In this document: positions 1 through 11,782 of the stretch, in pieces | How positions within the stretch are numbered: the first letter of the stretch is position 1 | How the letters are laid out: each line of letters begins with the position of its first letter | Assembly (NCBI GenBank): GCA_031459935.1 | Contig: JAVKHN010000006.1 | Span: 14,085 to 78,084 of the forward strand | Reading direction: 5' to 3' | From: Candidatus Sysuimicrobium calidum | Lineage (GTDB): Bacteria > Sysuimicrobiota > Sysuimicrobiia > Sysuimicrobiales > Sysuimicrobiaceae | DNA: 64,000 bases | The notes under the pieces: generated by a model | The model's database searches: none | What the model saw: the letters and a program-made list of their open reading frames with translations, nothing else | What the model was told of the DNA's origin: nothing | Translations under genes and position numbers: made by a program

Positions 1-272
1 GGTTTCTCCACAACGGCGTTCGCACCGCCATGCGCCACCTCCCCCCGAATGCCCCTGTGCACCTGGAGGAGGGGATGCGGCACCTGGTGAACGTGGGGAG
101 CGTGGGACAGCCCAGGGACGGGGATCCCAGAGCCGCCTACCTCATCTATGACGCGGAGGCCCGGACGATGGAGCTCCGACGGATTGTGTATCCCATCGAG
201 GTGGTGCAGCAGAAGATGCGGGCCGCGGAACTCCCCCGACCCCTGTGGGCACGTCTGGCAGAGGGACGCTAG
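1..272 (+). CDS. metallophosphoesterase-family protein, C-terminal part (5' end outside window)
   Basis: The frame enters from the left edge and stops at 270-272. HLVNVGSVGQPRDGDPRAAYLIYD resembles the C-terminal GSVGQPRDG block of YfcE/MJ0936-type calcineurin-like phosphoesterases. Confidence 0.55.
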   Translation, partial: FLHNGVRTAMRHLPPNAPVHLEEGMRHLVNVGSVGQPRDGDPRAAYLIYDAEARTMELRRIVYPIEVVQQKMRAAELPRPLWARLAEGR

Positions 273-273
273 C

Positions 274-825
274 ATGCGGATCTATACCCGTACGGGGGAC
301 GGAGGGCGGACGGCCCTGTGGGGGGGCGAACGGGTGTGGAAGGACCATCCCCGGGTGGAGGCGTACGGGACCGTGGATGAGTTGTGCAGTGTCCTCGGCG
401 TGGTGCGCAGGTTGCTGCCCGGTGAAGAACTCCCGGGATGGTTCGGACGGATCCAGGAGACCCTCTATTGCATCGCTGCGGAGCTCGCGGCGCCGCACCC
501 GAAGGAAGGGCGGACTCCCCGCCTGGCTGGGGGCTCCGTGGAGGAGCTGGAGCACTGGATCGATCAGCTGAGTGCGGACCTGCCCCCGATCCAGTCCTTT
601 CTCCTCCCCGGGGGGACGGAGGCGGGAGCGTGGCTCCACCTGGCCCGGGCGGTGGCCCGGCGGGCGGAGCGGCGGGTGGTGACCCTGGCCCGCCAGGAGC
701 CCCTGAATCCCGAGATCCTCCGCTACCTGAACCGGCTGAGCGACCTCCTGTTCGTGGCCGCCCGATGGGTGAACTTCCGGGCGGGCGTACCGGAACGTCC
801 CTGGCCCCGCGAGCCCCGTCCCTGA
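274..825 (+). CDS. ATP:cob(I)alamin adenosyltransferase, PduO type
   Basis: The internal ATG at 274 gives MRIYTRTGDGGRTALWGGERVWKDHPRVEAYGTVDEL, the typical PduO/MMAB N-terminus. Length is about 183 aa. The upstream part of the track ORF overlaps the previous gene. Confidence 0.85.
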   Translation: MRIYTRTGDGGRTALWGGERVWKDHPRVEAYGTVDELCSVLGVVRRLLPGEELPGWFGRIQETLYCIAAELAAPHPKEGRTPRLAGGSVEELEHWIDQLSADLPPIQSFLLPGGTEAGAWLHLARAVARRAERRVVTLARQEPLNPEILRYLNRLSDLLFVAARWVNFRAGVPERPWPREPRP

Positions 826-912
826 CCTCCTGGCCCCGGAGGGGTTGCTCCCTCCGGGGGAGTAGATTATTCTCTACACAAACGTAGCAAGAGATTTACT
901 TATAAGGCGCCA

Positions 913-1998
913 ATGGGCCGGGAGATTCTGCTCTCGCCACCCCGCACGGAGCCGCACCTCCGGGTGGAGGCGTCCCCCGTGTACGATTTCCTCGCTGCTC
1001 TCTTTGTGGTCTACCACCATGGACGATCTCTGGAATTCGACGTTTCGGAAGAGTGGATCCGCCGGGCACGCCGGGCTCTGGGCTCCCGCTTGCTCCGGGA
1101 CCTGGCGCGGTTCGCGGGCCCGCGGGCCTTCTTCCTGTCCCTGGTGACCCTTCTGGATCGTCACGTGGCGGAGGCCAGCGTACCGGCCTTCGTGGAGCAG
1201 GTGGCCCGGCTGCCCGCGGAGGAGCTCGTGCTCCTGCTGCTCACGAGCACACCCGCGGCCCGCCCGGCCAGACCGTACCTGTGCGAGATTCTGACCGCCC
1301 GGTCTGGCCCGACCCGGACCGCTCTGCGACGGTTCGCACGGGCCTTTCCGCAGGAGCTGGGGCGGCGGGAGGCGGTGGCTCTGGCCCGTCGGGATCCCCG
1401 GGAGGTGCAGGAAGGACTGGTGTGGCTTCTGCGCCGCTTCTACCAGGCAGCCTACGCGCCGGAGGAGAAGCGGATCCTTCCCCTGTTGCAGCAGGATGCA
1501 GCGCGCAAACGGGAGCGTGCACGGTGCCTTACGCCCCAGAGATTCGTGGAGGAGGCCACGGGAGGGCTCGTCCTGGATCCCACGGCGGTGTCCGAGGTGG
1601 TCGTGGCTCCCTCCCATTTCGTGCAGCCCTACAACCTCGTGGTGGATCACGGAGGGATCCGCACGTACATCACCCCCCTCACGGGGGGAGCGGCCCCGGA
1701 CACCCTGGAAGCGGTCCGACGGGTGGCAAAGGCGCTCGCGGACGAATCCCGCCTTCGGATCCTGCGTCTGCTGGCGGAACGGGCTATGTACACCCAGCAG
1801 ATCGCCGAGGCTCTGGGCACCAGCCACGTCACCGTGCTCCACCACCTGGCCGTCCTGCGGGCCGCGCGGCTCATCCGGGTGGTGGAGCGTCAGCAGACCC
1901 GCTGGTATATCTTCCACCCGCAGGGCCTAGAATCCCTTCTCACCCACCTGCGGGCGCTTCTTCGGTCCCCTTCCGCGCAGGCCGGAGACCTCTCCTGA
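913..1998 (+). CDS. ArsR-family transcriptional regulator with a long N-terminal domain of unknown function
   Basis: C-terminal winged HTH: LADESRLRILRLLAERAMYTQQIAEALGTSHVTVLHHLAVLRAARLI. About 270 aa of non-HTH domain precede it. An MFS gene follows 5 nt downstream. Confidence 0.75.
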   Translation: MGREILLSPPRTEPHLRVEASPVYDFLAALFVVYHHGRSLEFDVSEEWIRRARRALGSRLLRDLARFAGPRAFFLSLVTLLDRHVAEASVPAFVEQVARLPAEELVLLLLTSTPAARPARPYLCEILTARSGPTRTALRRFARAFPQELGRREAVALARRDPREVQEGLVWLLRRFYQAAYAPEEKRILPLLQQDAARKRERARCLTPQRFVEEATGGLVLDPTAVSEVVVAPSHFVQPYNLVVDHGGIRTYITPLTGGAAPDTLEAVRRVAKALADESRLRILRLLAERAMYTQQIAEALGTSHVTVLHHLAVLRAARLIRVVERQQTRWYIFHPQGLESLLTHLRALLRSPSAQAGDLS

Positions 1999-2003
1999 GG
2001 GCC

Positions 2004-3257
2004 ATGTTCCGGGCGTTTCGCCATCCCGCGTATCGGATGTACTGGCTGGGGATGGCCGTCTCCCAGGTGGGGACGTGGATGCAAGCCACGGCCCAGGCTT
2101 TCTTCGTATACGAGCGGACGGGCTCGGCCCTGCAGACCGGGGTGGTCACCGTTGCCTTCACACTCCCCTCCCTGCTCTTCTCCCTGTTCGGAGGGGCGGT
2201 GGCGGACCGGTACGACCGGCGGCGCCTGTTGCTCCTCACCCAGACGGGCTTCCTCCTCTCCGCAGGGCTGCTGGCGGGCCTCACCTTCGGAGGGTGGGTA
2301 CAGATCTGGCACCTCATGGCCTTCGCGTTCGTGAACGGCTTTCTTATGGCCATGGACGCCCCCGTCCGGCAGGCCATCCTCCCTGCCCTGGTCTCCCGGG
2401 AGGATCTCCAGAACGCCATCGGGCTCAACGCGGCCATGTTCAACGGATCCCGGATTTTCGGCCCCGCCCTGGCGGGTCTCATCTATCAGATGGGCGGGCC
2501 CGGCTGGTGCTTCCTCCTCAATGCCCTCTCCTATCTGGCGGTGATCCTCCCCATGGCCCGGATCCGGGTGGACTCTCAGGTGGATCGCCACTCTCCCCTG
2601 CTGGACCACCTTCTTGGGGGGCTCCGATACGTCCGGGGCCAGCGCGTCGTGCGATCCCTGCTCCTGCTCCTGGCTGCGGTGGGGATGTTCGGGTTCACGT
2701 GGACGGTGCTGAGCCCGGCCTTCACGGTCCGGATCCTGCACGGAGGTCCCCTGGAAAACGGCTATCTTCTCACCGCGGTGGGCGTGGGCAGCACGCTCGG
2801 GGCACTCCGGGTGGCGGGCGGAGGAGCATCCCATCGGCCCGGGCGGTTCGTGCTCACGAGCGCGGCGGCCACGGGAATCTCCCTCCTTGCCTTCTCCACG
2901 ACCCGCCACCTTCTGGCTGCCCTGGCCTGCTTGAGCCTCACGGGGTTCTTCCTGACCTCCTTCATGTCCGCCACGAACTCCACCATCCAGTCCCTGGTGG
3001 AGGATCGGTACCGGGGGCGGGTCATGAGCCTCTATACCCTGGCCCTCATCGGCAGCGGACCGCCGGGAAGCCTCCTGGCGGGATCGCTGGCAGACCTGGT
3101 GGGCGTCCCCGCGAGCCTTGCCCTCAACGGCATCCTGGTGGCGCTCAGCGCCGGGGTGTGTGCGGTGCTTGTGCCGGATCTGGCCCGCCTGGACGGACGG
3201 GTGCTGCTACGTCCGACGGTCCTTCGTTCCGGCGGGGGAGGCGGCTCCGGAGGCTAG
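2004..3257 (+). CDS. MFS transporter (EntS/MFS_3-like)
   Basis: The ATG at 2004 gives MFRAFRHPAYRMYWLGMAVSQVGTWMQ. About 12 hydrophobic segments and a GGAVADRYDRRRLL loop motif. The 5' part of the 734-aa track ORF is a GC artefact. Confidence 0.8.
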   Translation: MFRAFRHPAYRMYWLGMAVSQVGTWMQATAQAFFVYERTGSALQTGVVTVAFTLPSLLFSLFGGAVADRYDRRRLLLLTQTGFLLSAGLLAGLTFGGWVQIWHLMAFAFVNGFLMAMDAPVRQAILPALVSREDLQNAIGLNAAMFNGSRIFGPALAGLIYQMGGPGWCFLLNALSYLAVILPMARIRVDSQVDRHSPLLDHLLGGLRYVRGQRVVRSLLLLLAAVGMFGFTWTVLSPAFTVRILHGGPLENGYLLTAVGVGSTLGALRVAGGGASHRPGRFVLTSAAATGISLLAFSTTRHLLAALACLSLTGFFLTSFMSATNSTIQSLVEDRYRGRVMSLYTLALIGSGPPGSLLAGSLADLVGVPASLALNGILVALSAGVCAVLVPDLARLDGRVLLRPTVLRSGGGGGSGG

Positions 3258-3952
3258 GTCCGGCTCAGGATGATGGCCTGCTTGAGTTCCTGGATGGCCT
3301 TGGTGATCTCGATTCCCTGCGGGCACGCCTCCGTGCAGTTGAACACCGTGCGACACTTGAAGACGCCGCTGCGGTCCGCGAGAATCTGCAGCCGCTGCTG
3401 CGCCGCCTGATCGCGGCTGTCGAAGACGAACCGGTGCGCGGCCACCAGGGCTGCGGGGCCCAGGAACTCCCCCGTTCCCCAGAAGATGGGACAGGCGGTG
3501 GTGCACACCGCGCACAGGATGCACTTGGTGGTGTCCTCGTAGCGGGCGCGTTCCTCCGGGGTCTGCCGGCGCTCCTGGGGCGGAGGGGGTTCGTCGGTAA
3601 TCAGCCACGGCATGACCTGCCGGTACTTCTGGAAGAAGGGCTCCATGTCCACCACGAGGTCCTTGATCACCCGAAGCCCCCGGAGGGGCTCCACGGTGAT
3701 CCGGAGCCCCAGATCCTTGACGAGGACCTTGCAGGCAAGCCGGTTGCGGCCGTTGATGAGCATGGCGTCGGATCCGCAGATCCCGTGGGCACAGGAGCGA
3801 CGCAGAGCCAGGGAACCGTCGATGTTGGCCTTGATGTAGTGGAGGGCGTCCAGCACCCGATCGAAGGGGTCCACGGGAACCTCATACTCCGCCCAATAGG
3901 GCCGCCGGTCCACTTCCGGGTTGTATCGCTTGATGCGGATGATGGCCTTCAT
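3254..3952 (-). CDS. sdhB: succinate dehydrogenase iron-sulfur subunit
   Basis: MKAIIRIKRYNPEVDRRPYWAEYEV start, Cys clusters (CAHGICGSDAM, CILCAVCTTACP, CTEACP), 232 aa. Confidence 0.93.
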   Translation of the reverse strand: MKAIIRIKRYNPEVDRRPYWAEYEVPVDPFDRVLDALHYIKANIDGSLALRRSCAHGICGSDAMLINGRNRLACKVLVKDLGLRITVEPLRGLRVIKDLVVDMEPFFQKYRQVMPWLITDEPPPPQERRQTPEERARYEDTTKCILCAVCTTACPIFWGTGEFLGPAALVAAHRFVFDSRDQAAQQRLQILADRSGVFKCRTVFNCTEACPQGIEITKAIQELKQAIILSRT

Positions 3953-3965
3953 GGACGCCTCCGGC

Positions 3966-5702
<1,737 letters not shown>

Positions 5703-5715
5703 TGCGCATCCCCCT

Positions 5716-6090
5716 TTACTGCCCTGTAAGGGCCCCGGGCTGGAAGGTGAGGAGCACGAGGGATCCCAGAACGGTGAACACCAGACCCACGGACCACAGG
5801 ATCACGTTCCACACGAGACGCCAGCCAGCCGACCGCGTGTAGTCGTACACGATTCCGCGGACCCCCACCAATCCATGGCTGAGGGCGAGGAGCAGGATGA
5901 GCAGATCGTACACCCGCCAGAAGGGGGTGCTGAACCGTTGGGCCACAAACGCGAAGTCGATCCGGTCTGTGCCGGTGAGCACGTGCATGATGTACAGATG
6001 GCCCAGCACGAACCCCAGCAGGAGCACCGCGGAGATCCGTAGGTAGAGCCACCCCAGCCACGCCCAGCCGTTCGCGCGCGCGCCCGTCAT
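5716..6090 (-). CDS. sdhD: succinate dehydrogenase membrane anchor subunit
   Basis: The internal ATG at 6090 gives a 124-aa, 3-TM protein ([31 protein letters not shown]) between sdhC and sdhA. The rest of the 247-aa track ORF overlaps sdhC in another frame. Confidence 0.75.
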   Translation of the reverse strand: MTGARANGWAWLGWLYLRISAVLLLGFVLGHLYIMHVLTGTDRIDFAFVAQRFSTPFWRVYDLLILLLALSHGLVGVRGIVYDYTRSAGWRLVWNVILWSVGLVFTVLGSLVLLTFQPGALTGQ

Positions 6091-6101
6091 GTCCTCTCCT
6101 C

Positions 6102-6452
6102 CTACGGGAAGATGGGCCGGAGCATGAGCACCGCCACGGGCAGCATCACCACCGTATACAGAGCCGCTCCCACCCAGAACATGCGACGGTAGGACCGGGT
6201 GGCCCGGGGGAAGAGGTCCAGGATCATCACCAGGATCCCGTTGCCCGCGTGGTACACCACCGCCGCCACCAGGAGGAACTCCAGAGGCTTGAACCAGGGC
6301 TGCTTGTAGAGCGCGAGGGCGCGGTTGTAGGCTTCCGCCCCATAGAGGAGCATGAAGGTCTCCAGGATGTGGAGCAGGAGGAACACGAGGACCGCCACGC
6401 CCGTGATCCGGTGCAGGGCCCAAGCCAGCATCCCGGGGCCACCTCGGTACAT
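6102..6452 (-). CDS. sdhC: succinate dehydrogenase cytochrome b subunit
   Basis: 116-aa, 3-TM protein with the HRITGVAVLVFLLLH heme-ligand-type motif, at the first position of sdhCDAB. Confidence 0.8.
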   Translation of the reverse strand: MYRGGPGMLAWALHRITGVAVLVFLLLHILETFMLLYGAEAYNRALALYKQPWFKPLEFLLVAAVVYHAGNGILVMILDLFPRATRSYRRMFWVGAALYTVVMLPVAVLMLRPIFP

Positions 6453-6462
6453 CCGCCACCTC

Positions 6463-7161
6463 CTAGGTCCCTTGCTCGATCTCCTGGCGCATATCGTCCA
6501 TGTGCCGCTCCATGGCCTCCCACGCAGCCTGCTCGTCCCGCCGCTGGAGGGCCTCCAGGATCGCCTCGTGGAACCGGTGAGCCTTCTGGGGACTGCCGGG
6601 GGCCCGACCCGCGGCTTCCCGGCTCAGCAGCCACATCTCCGACAGCGTACGCACCAGGGAGGCGAGCACGGGGTTGCGGGTAGCCTCCGCCAGCTGCTCG
6701 TGGAACCGGAGGTCCCCCTCCAGGTCCCGCCGACCCCCGGCCAGTTCCGCGGCCCGGCGCTCCACCAGCTCCTGCAGCTGCTCCACATCTTCCACGGTGG
6801 CCCTCCGTACCGCCAGAACCACCACCTCCCGCTCCACGATCCGCCGGGCCTCCAGGAGATCCAGGAGGAACGTGCGCTCGGAGAGGCGACTCCAGACCGC
6901 AGGATCCACGGGAGCGGGGGGCTCCCGGACAAAGGTGCCATCCCCGGAGCGGACCTCCACGAGCCCCAGGGCGGCTAGGACCCGCAGGGCTTCCCGCACG
7001 GAGGCTCGGCTCACGTTCAGCAGCTCTGCCAGTTCCCGCTCGCTGGGAAGCCGGTCCCCCGGCTGGAGGTGCCGTTCGGCCACCAGTTCCTGGATCTGGT
7101 GCACAATGGCCTCGTAGAGCCGGCGGGGGCGGATGGGCTGGAAGAGGGATGCGCGATTCAT
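6463..7161 (-). CDS. GntR/FadR-family transcriptional regulator (FCD domain)
   Basis: LPSERELAELLNVSRASVREALRVLAALGLVEVRSGDGTFV HTH plus a helical FCD-like C-terminal domain. The ATG at 7161 is preferred over the TTG at 7188. The gene lies 10 nt upstream of sdhC. Confidence 0.85.
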   Translation of the reverse strand: MNRASLFQPIRPRRLYEAIVHQIQELVAERHLQPGDRLPSERELAELLNVSRASVREALRVLAALGLVEVRSGDGTFVREPPAPVDPAVWSRLSERTFLLDLLEARRIVEREVVVLAVRRATVEDVEQLQELVERRAAELAGGRRDLEGDLRFHEQLAEATRNPVLASLVRTLSEMWLLSREAAGRAPGSPQKAHRFHEAILEALQRRDEQAAWEAMERHMDDMRQEIEQGT

Positions 7162-7176
7162 GGTCTGGTGGCCTAG

Positions 7177-7187
7177 TGGTCTGACCA
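7177..7187. promoter_or_regulatory. FadR/GntR-type palindromic operator candidate TGGTCTGACCA
   Basis: Perfect TGGTC-T-GACCA inverted repeat. It lies 16 nt upstream of the regulator ATG and 73 nt upstream of icd, and matches the TGGTnnnACCA core of FadR-subfamily boxes. Confidence 0.5.
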
Positions 7188-7259
7188 ATCTTTATGCTAT
7201 TCTCAAGACGGGCCTGCGTCAATCGGTCCCTGAGGGCATTATGATCACAGGGGTTAGGC

Positions 7260-8504
7260 ATGCTGCAGCTTGAGCGTTTCTCCCCACCAAAGGAAGGTCA
7301 GCGCATCCAGGTTCAGGACGGACAGCTCGTGGTCCCCGATTTCCCCATCATCCCCTTCATCGAGGGGGACGGGATCGGCCCCGACATCTGGCGGGCCACC
7401 CGGCGGGTCGTGGATGCCGCGGTGGAGAAGGCGTACGGAGGGCGACGGCGGATCGCCTGGTACGAGGTGTACGCGGGTGAAAAGGCCTACCGGGAATTCG
7501 GGGACTGGCTTCCCGCGGATACCCTCCGGGCCTTCGAGTACTGCTATGTGGGGATCAAGGGCCCCCTCACCACGCCCGTGGGCGGAGGATATCGGTCGCT
7601 GAACGTGGCCCTCCGGCAGCTGCTGGATCTGTACGCCTGTGTGCGACCCGTGCGGTGGTTCGAGGGCGTTCCCGCACCCATCCGACACCCCGAGCGGGTG
7701 AACATGGTGGTCTTCCGGGAGAACACCGAGGATCTGTACACCGGGATCGAGTGGCCTGCGGGTTCCCCGGAAGCGAACCGGATCATCGAGTGGCTGCGGG
7801 GGGAGTTCGGCGTGGAGATCCGGCCGGGCTCTGCCATCGGCATCAAACCCATGAGCCCCTTCGGCAGCAAGCGCTTGGTGCGGAAGGCCATCCGGTATGC
7901 TCTGAACCGCAGGCGGCGCAACGTCACCCTCGTTCACAAAGGGAACATCATGAAGTACACGGAGGGCGGGTTCCGGGAGTGGGGGTATCAGGTGGCGAAA
8001 GAGGAGTTCGGGGATCAAACGGTCACCTGGGAGGAGGTGCAGACCCGATACGGCGGGAAGGTCCCGGAAGGGAAGCTCCTGATTCAGGATTTCATGGCGG
8101 ACGTCACCTTCCAGCACATCGTCATCCGGCCCCAGGACATTGACGTCATCGCCACGGGAAACCTGAACGGAGACTACCTCTCGGACGCCATCGCCGCCCT
8201 GGTGGGTGGCATCGGGATGGCTCCGGGGGCCAACATCGGAGACTTCCACGCGGTGTTCGAGGCGACCCATGGCACCGCCCCCAAATACGCGGGGCAGGAC
8301 AAGGTAAACCCCACCTCCCTGCTGTTGTCCGCGGTCATGATGCTGGAGTACCTGGGCTGGCAGGAGGCCGCGGACCTCATCGTCAGGGGACTGGAGACAA
8401 CCTTCCGGAAGAAGGTGGTGACCTATGACCTTGCGCGCCTCATGGAGGGGGCCCGAGAGGTGCGCACCAGTGAGTTCGCTACGGAAGTGATCAACAACCT
8501 CTAG
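7260..8504 (+). CDS. icd: NADP-dependent isocitrate dehydrogenase
   Basis: [44 protein letters not shown] and [11 protein letters not shown] motifs, 414 aa. Confidence 0.95.
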   Translation: MLQLERFSPPKEGQRIQVQDGQLVVPDFPIIPFIEGDGIGPDIWRATRRVVDAAVEKAYGGRRRIAWYEVYAGEKAYREFGDWLPADTLRAFEYCYVGIKGPLTTPVGGGYRSLNVALRQLLDLYACVRPVRWFEGVPAPIRHPERVNMVVFRENTEDLYTGIEWPAGSPEANRIIEWLRGEFGVEIRPGSAIGIKPMSPFGSKRLVRKAIRYALNRRRRNVTLVHKGNIMKYTEGGFREWGYQVAKEEFGDQTVTWEEVQTRYGGKVPEGKLLIQDFMADVTFQHIVIRPQDIDVIATGNLNGDYLSDAIAALVGGIGMAPGANIGDFHAVFEATHGTAPKYAGQDKVNPTSLLLSAVMMLEYLGWQEAADLIVRGLETTFRKKVVTYDLARLMEGAREVRTSEFATEVINNL

Positions 8505-8514
8505 GAGGCGGATC

Positions 8515-9450
8515 ATGGCGCGGGGGCGGCCCAAGATCTCCGTCGTGGGGGCGGGGGCGGTGGGGACGGCTGCGGCCCAATGGATGGCCGCGCGAGAGCT
8601 GGGGGACATCGTCCTCGTGGACATCATCGAAGGGCTGCCGCAGGGCAGGGCCCTGGACCTCCAGCACGCGGGTCCCATCGCGGGGTTCGATGTGGGGATC
8701 ACAGGGTCTAACGACTACGCGGCCACCGCGGGCTCCGACGTGGTGGTGGTCACCGCAGGGGTTCCCCGCAAGCCCGGGATGACGCGGGAGCAGCTGGTGG
8801 ATACCAATGCGGGGATCGTGCGCAGCATCATGCAGGAGGTGGTCCCGCGCTCCCCGGAGGCAGTGTACGTGATCGTCACCAATCCGCTGGACGCCATGAC
8901 GTACATCGCCTACCGCGCCTCTGGGCTCCCTCGGGTTCGGGTCATCGGGCAGAGCGGGGCCCTGGACACCACCCGGTTTCGGGCCTTCCTGGCTGCGGAA
9001 CTGGGCGTGTCCATTCAGGACGTGCAGGCCCTGGTGATCGGGGCCCACACGGACAAGGACATGGTGCCCGTGGCCTCCCTTGCGAACGTACGGGGGATTC
9101 CGGTCACGCGGCTCCTGCCGCGGGAACGGCTGGAGACGGTGGTGGCCCGTACCCGACGGGCGGGGGCGGAGATCACAGAGCTCATGAAGCAGAGTGCCTT
9201 CACCGCCCCCGGGGCCGCCATCTGTGAGATGGTGGAGGCCATTCTCCGGGATCGCAAGCGTCTCATCCCGTGCTCCGTATACCTGGAGGGGGAGTATGGG
9301 GAACGGGACGTGTGCGTAGGCGTGCCGGTGATTCTCGGAGCCGGAGGGGTGGAGCGCATTGTGGAACTGCCCCTCTCGGAGGAGGAGTGGGCGATGTTCC
9401 GGGCGAGCTGTGCCGCGGTGCGGGAGCTGGTGGGAGCCGTACAGGTATGA
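8515..9450 (+). CDS. mdh: malate dehydrogenase (LDH-like MDH family)
   Basis: KISVVGAGAVGTAAA Rossmann fold, VVVTAGVPRKPGMTREQL with the MDH-type Arg, GAHTD catalytic block, 311 aa. Confidence 0.93.
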   Translation: MARGRPKISVVGAGAVGTAAAQWMAARELGDIVLVDIIEGLPQGRALDLQHAGPIAGFDVGITGSNDYAATAGSDVVVVTAGVPRKPGMTREQLVDTNAGIVRSIMQEVVPRSPEAVYVIVTNPLDAMTYIAYRASGLPRVRVIGQSGALDTTRFRAFLAAELGVSIQDVQALVIGAHTDKDMVPVASLANVRGIPVTRLLPRERLETVVARTRRAGAEITELMKQSAFTAPGAAICEMVEAILRDRKRLIPCSVYLEGEYGERDVCVGVPVILGAGGVERIVELPLSEEEWAMFRASCAAVRELVGAVQV

Positions 9451-10553
9451 AGCTCCACGAGTACCAGGCCAAGCAGCTGTTCCGGACCTACGGCATCCCC
9501 GTCCAGCGGGATGCGGTGATTGAGCATCCGGAGGAGATCCCGGGATTGTCCCTGCGCTACCCCCTGGTGCTGAAGGCTCAGGTCCTGGTGGGCGGCCGTG
9601 GCAAGGCGGGAGGAATCCAGCTGGCCCGGACCCCGGAAGAGGCGGTGGAGCGGGCCCGAGCCATTCTCGGCATGGAGATCCGGGGGGAGCGGGTTCGCAG
9701 GGTCTTGGTGGCGGAGGCCGTGGAAATCGAGCAGGAGCACTACCTTGCCTTCACCGTGGATCGATCCGCACGACGCCTCGTCTTCGTGGCTTCGAGCATG
9801 GGCGGGGTGGACATCGAGGAGATCGCCCGCACCCATCCGGAGCTGGTGCACAAGGTGGTCCTGGACCCTCTGGAGGGTTTCCTGCCCTTCCAGGCGCGGC
9901 AGGTGGCGCGGCGCATGGGATTGCGGGGGGAATCCCTCGTCCAGTTTGCCCAAATCGCCCATGCCCTCTACCGCGTGTGTGTGGACCTGGACGCGGAGCT
10001 GGTGGAGATCAACCCACTTGCCCGGGCGGAGGGGAAGCTGGTGGCCGTGGATGCCAAGGTGGTGGTGGACGAAAACGCCCGCTTCCGGCACCCGGACCTC
10101 CCCGAGGACGAGGAGGCCACGGAGCTGGAGCGGATGGCCCGACGCTACGACCTCTCCTACGTGGAGCTCTCTGGGGACATCGCCGTCATCGGGAACGGAG
10201 CCGGGCTCGTGATGTCCACCCTGGACATGGTGGCCCACTTCGGGGGCCGACCCGCGAACTTCCTGGACGTGGGAGGCGGAGCCAGCAGCGAGGCCATGCG
10301 GCACGCGGTAGACATCGTGCTCCGCAAGCCCGGGGTGCGGGTCCTGTTCATCAACATCTTCGGAGGCATCACCCGGTGCGATGACATCGCCCGCGGCATC
10401 GTCGCCGCCCGCCCCGCGGTTCCCACCATCATCCGGCTCGTGGGCACCAACGAGGAGGAGGGGCGCCGGATCCTGGAGGAGGCGGGGATGGCCGCCTTTG
10501 TGGATCCCGAGGAGGCGGCCCGGCACGCGGTGGCTTCCGCGCGGAGGTCGTAG
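9447..10553 (+). CDS. sucC: succinyl-CoA synthetase beta subunit
   Basis: The ATG at 9447 overlaps the mdh stop (ATGA). MKLHEYQAKQLFRTYGIPV ATP-grasp start and the GNGAGLVMSTLD motif. Confidence 0.93.
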   Translation: MKLHEYQAKQLFRTYGIPVQRDAVIEHPEEIPGLSLRYPLVLKAQVLVGGRGKAGGIQLARTPEEAVERARAILGMEIRGERVRRVLVAEAVEIEQEHYLAFTVDRSARRLVFVASSMGGVDIEEIARTHPELVHKVVLDPLEGFLPFQARQVARRMGLRGESLVQFAQIAHALYRVCVDLDAELVEINPLARAEGKLVAVDAKVVVDENARFRHPDLPEDEEATELERMARRYDLSYVELSGDIAVIGNGAGLVMSTLDMVAHFGGRPANFLDVGGGASSEAMRHAVDIVLRKPGVRVLFINIFGGITRCDDIARGIVAARPAVPTIIRLVGTNEEEGRRILEEAGMAAFVDPEEAARHAVASARRS

Positions 10554-11438
10554 ATGAGCATCCTCGTGGACGAAACCACCCGGGTCCTGGTGCAGGGAAT
10601 TACAGGCTACCAGGGCGCCTTCCACACGGCCCGCATGCTGGAGTTCGGGACCCGGGTCGTGGCAGGTGTCACACCCGGGAGGGGGGGGGAGTGGGTGCAC
10701 GGGGTTCCCGTCTTCGACACGGTGGAGGAGGCGGTCCAGGCCACGGGGGCTACCGCCAGCTGCGTGTTCGTGCCCGCCCGGTTCGCCTCCGACGCGGTAC
10801 TAGAGGCCGTGGAGGCCGGATTGAGTCCCATCGTGGTGATCACGGAGCACATCCCGGTGCACGACGCCATCCGGATGGTGGAGGCGGCCCGACGCCGGGG
10901 GGTCCACATTATCGGCCCCAACTGTCCCGGAGTCACCTCCGCGGGCAAGTGCAAGATCGGGATCATGCCGAACCACCTCTTCCGGCCCGGACCCGTGGGC
11001 CTCGCCTCCCGCTCGGGAACCCTCACCTACGAGATCGTGGCCTCCCTCACCCGGGCGGGGATCGGACAGTCCACTGCGGTGGGCATGGGGGGGGATCCCG
11101 TGATCGGCACGACTTTCGTGGAGCTGTTGGAAGCCTTCGGGCAGGATCCTCAGACAGAGGTGGTGGTGCTCGTGGGCGAGATCGGAGGAGCCGCGGAGGA
11201 GGAGGCCGCGGCGTATATTCGGGACTTCGTGCGCAAACCCGTGGTGGCGTACGTGGCTGGACGGACTGCTCCTCCCGGCAAGCGCATGGGGCATGCGGGG
11301 GCGGTGATCTCCGGCAGCGAGGGAACGGCCCAGGCGAAGATCGAGGCCCTGCAGGCCGCGGGCGTGGCGGTGGCGGAGCTCCCGTCCCAGGTGGCCTCCC
11401 TGGTAGCCCGGATCCTCGCCGGACGGCCCGTGGGGTGA
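10554..11438 (+). CDS. sucD: succinyl-CoA synthetase alpha subunit
   Basis: [38 protein letters not shown] and [10 protein letters not shown] (phospho-His) motifs. Confidence 0.95.
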   Translation: MSILVDETTRVLVQGITGYQGAFHTARMLEFGTRVVAGVTPGRGGEWVHGVPVFDTVEEAVQATGATASCVFVPARFASDAVLEAVEAGLSPIVVITEHIPVHDAIRMVEAARRRGVHIIGPNCPGVTSAGKCKIGIMPNHLFRPGPVGLASRSGTLTYEIVASLTRAGIGQSTAVGMGGDPVIGTTFVELLEAFGQDPQTEVVVLVGEIGGAAEEEAAAYIRDFVRKPVVAYVAGRTAPPGKRMGHAGAVISGSEGTAQAKIEALQAAGVAVAELPSQVASLVARILAGRPVG

Positions 11439-11439
11439 G

Positions 11440-11778
11440 GTGGGATTTTTCATCCGGGTTCTGGTGAACATCGTGGGTCTCGGGCTGGGGGCCCGGATCT
11501 TTCCGGGAGCGCTCGGGGTGGAGGAGGGGTGGAGGCTCGTGGGAGCGGCACTCCTGCTGGCGGTGGCCAACGCCACGCTGCGCCCCGTACTGCTCTTCCT
11601 CGCCCTTCCCCTAAATGTCCTGACCCTGGGGCTCGCCACCCTCGGGGTGAACACCCTCCTGCTGTACCTCGTGGTCTGGTTTCTTAGGATCCCACACGGC
11701 GGGGTCCTGGCCCTCGCGGCGGTCTCCCTCCTCCTCTCCGTGCTGAGCGTGCTTCTGGCCGCGATCATGGGACCATAG
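11440..11778 (+). CDS. small 4-TM membrane protein (YvlD / Phage_holin_4_2-like family)
   Basis: GTG start 1 nt after the sucD stop. 112 aa, four hydrophobic helices, and the LRPVLLFLALPLNVLTLGL motif typical of this family. Confidence 0.5.
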   Translation: MGFFIRVLVNIVGLGLGARIFPGALGVEEGWRLVGAALLLAVANATLRPVLLFLALPLNVLTLGLATLGVNTLLLYLVVWFLRIPHGGVLALAAVSLLLSVLSVLLAAIMGP

Positions 11779-11782
11779 GTCC

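Noticed and set aside
11440-11778. A holin-family membrane protein as a sign of a prophage remnant.
   Set aside because: No endolysin, structural or integrase genes are nearby. The YvlD-type family is widespread as a chromosomal housekeeping membrane protein, and the gene is translationally coupled to sucD.
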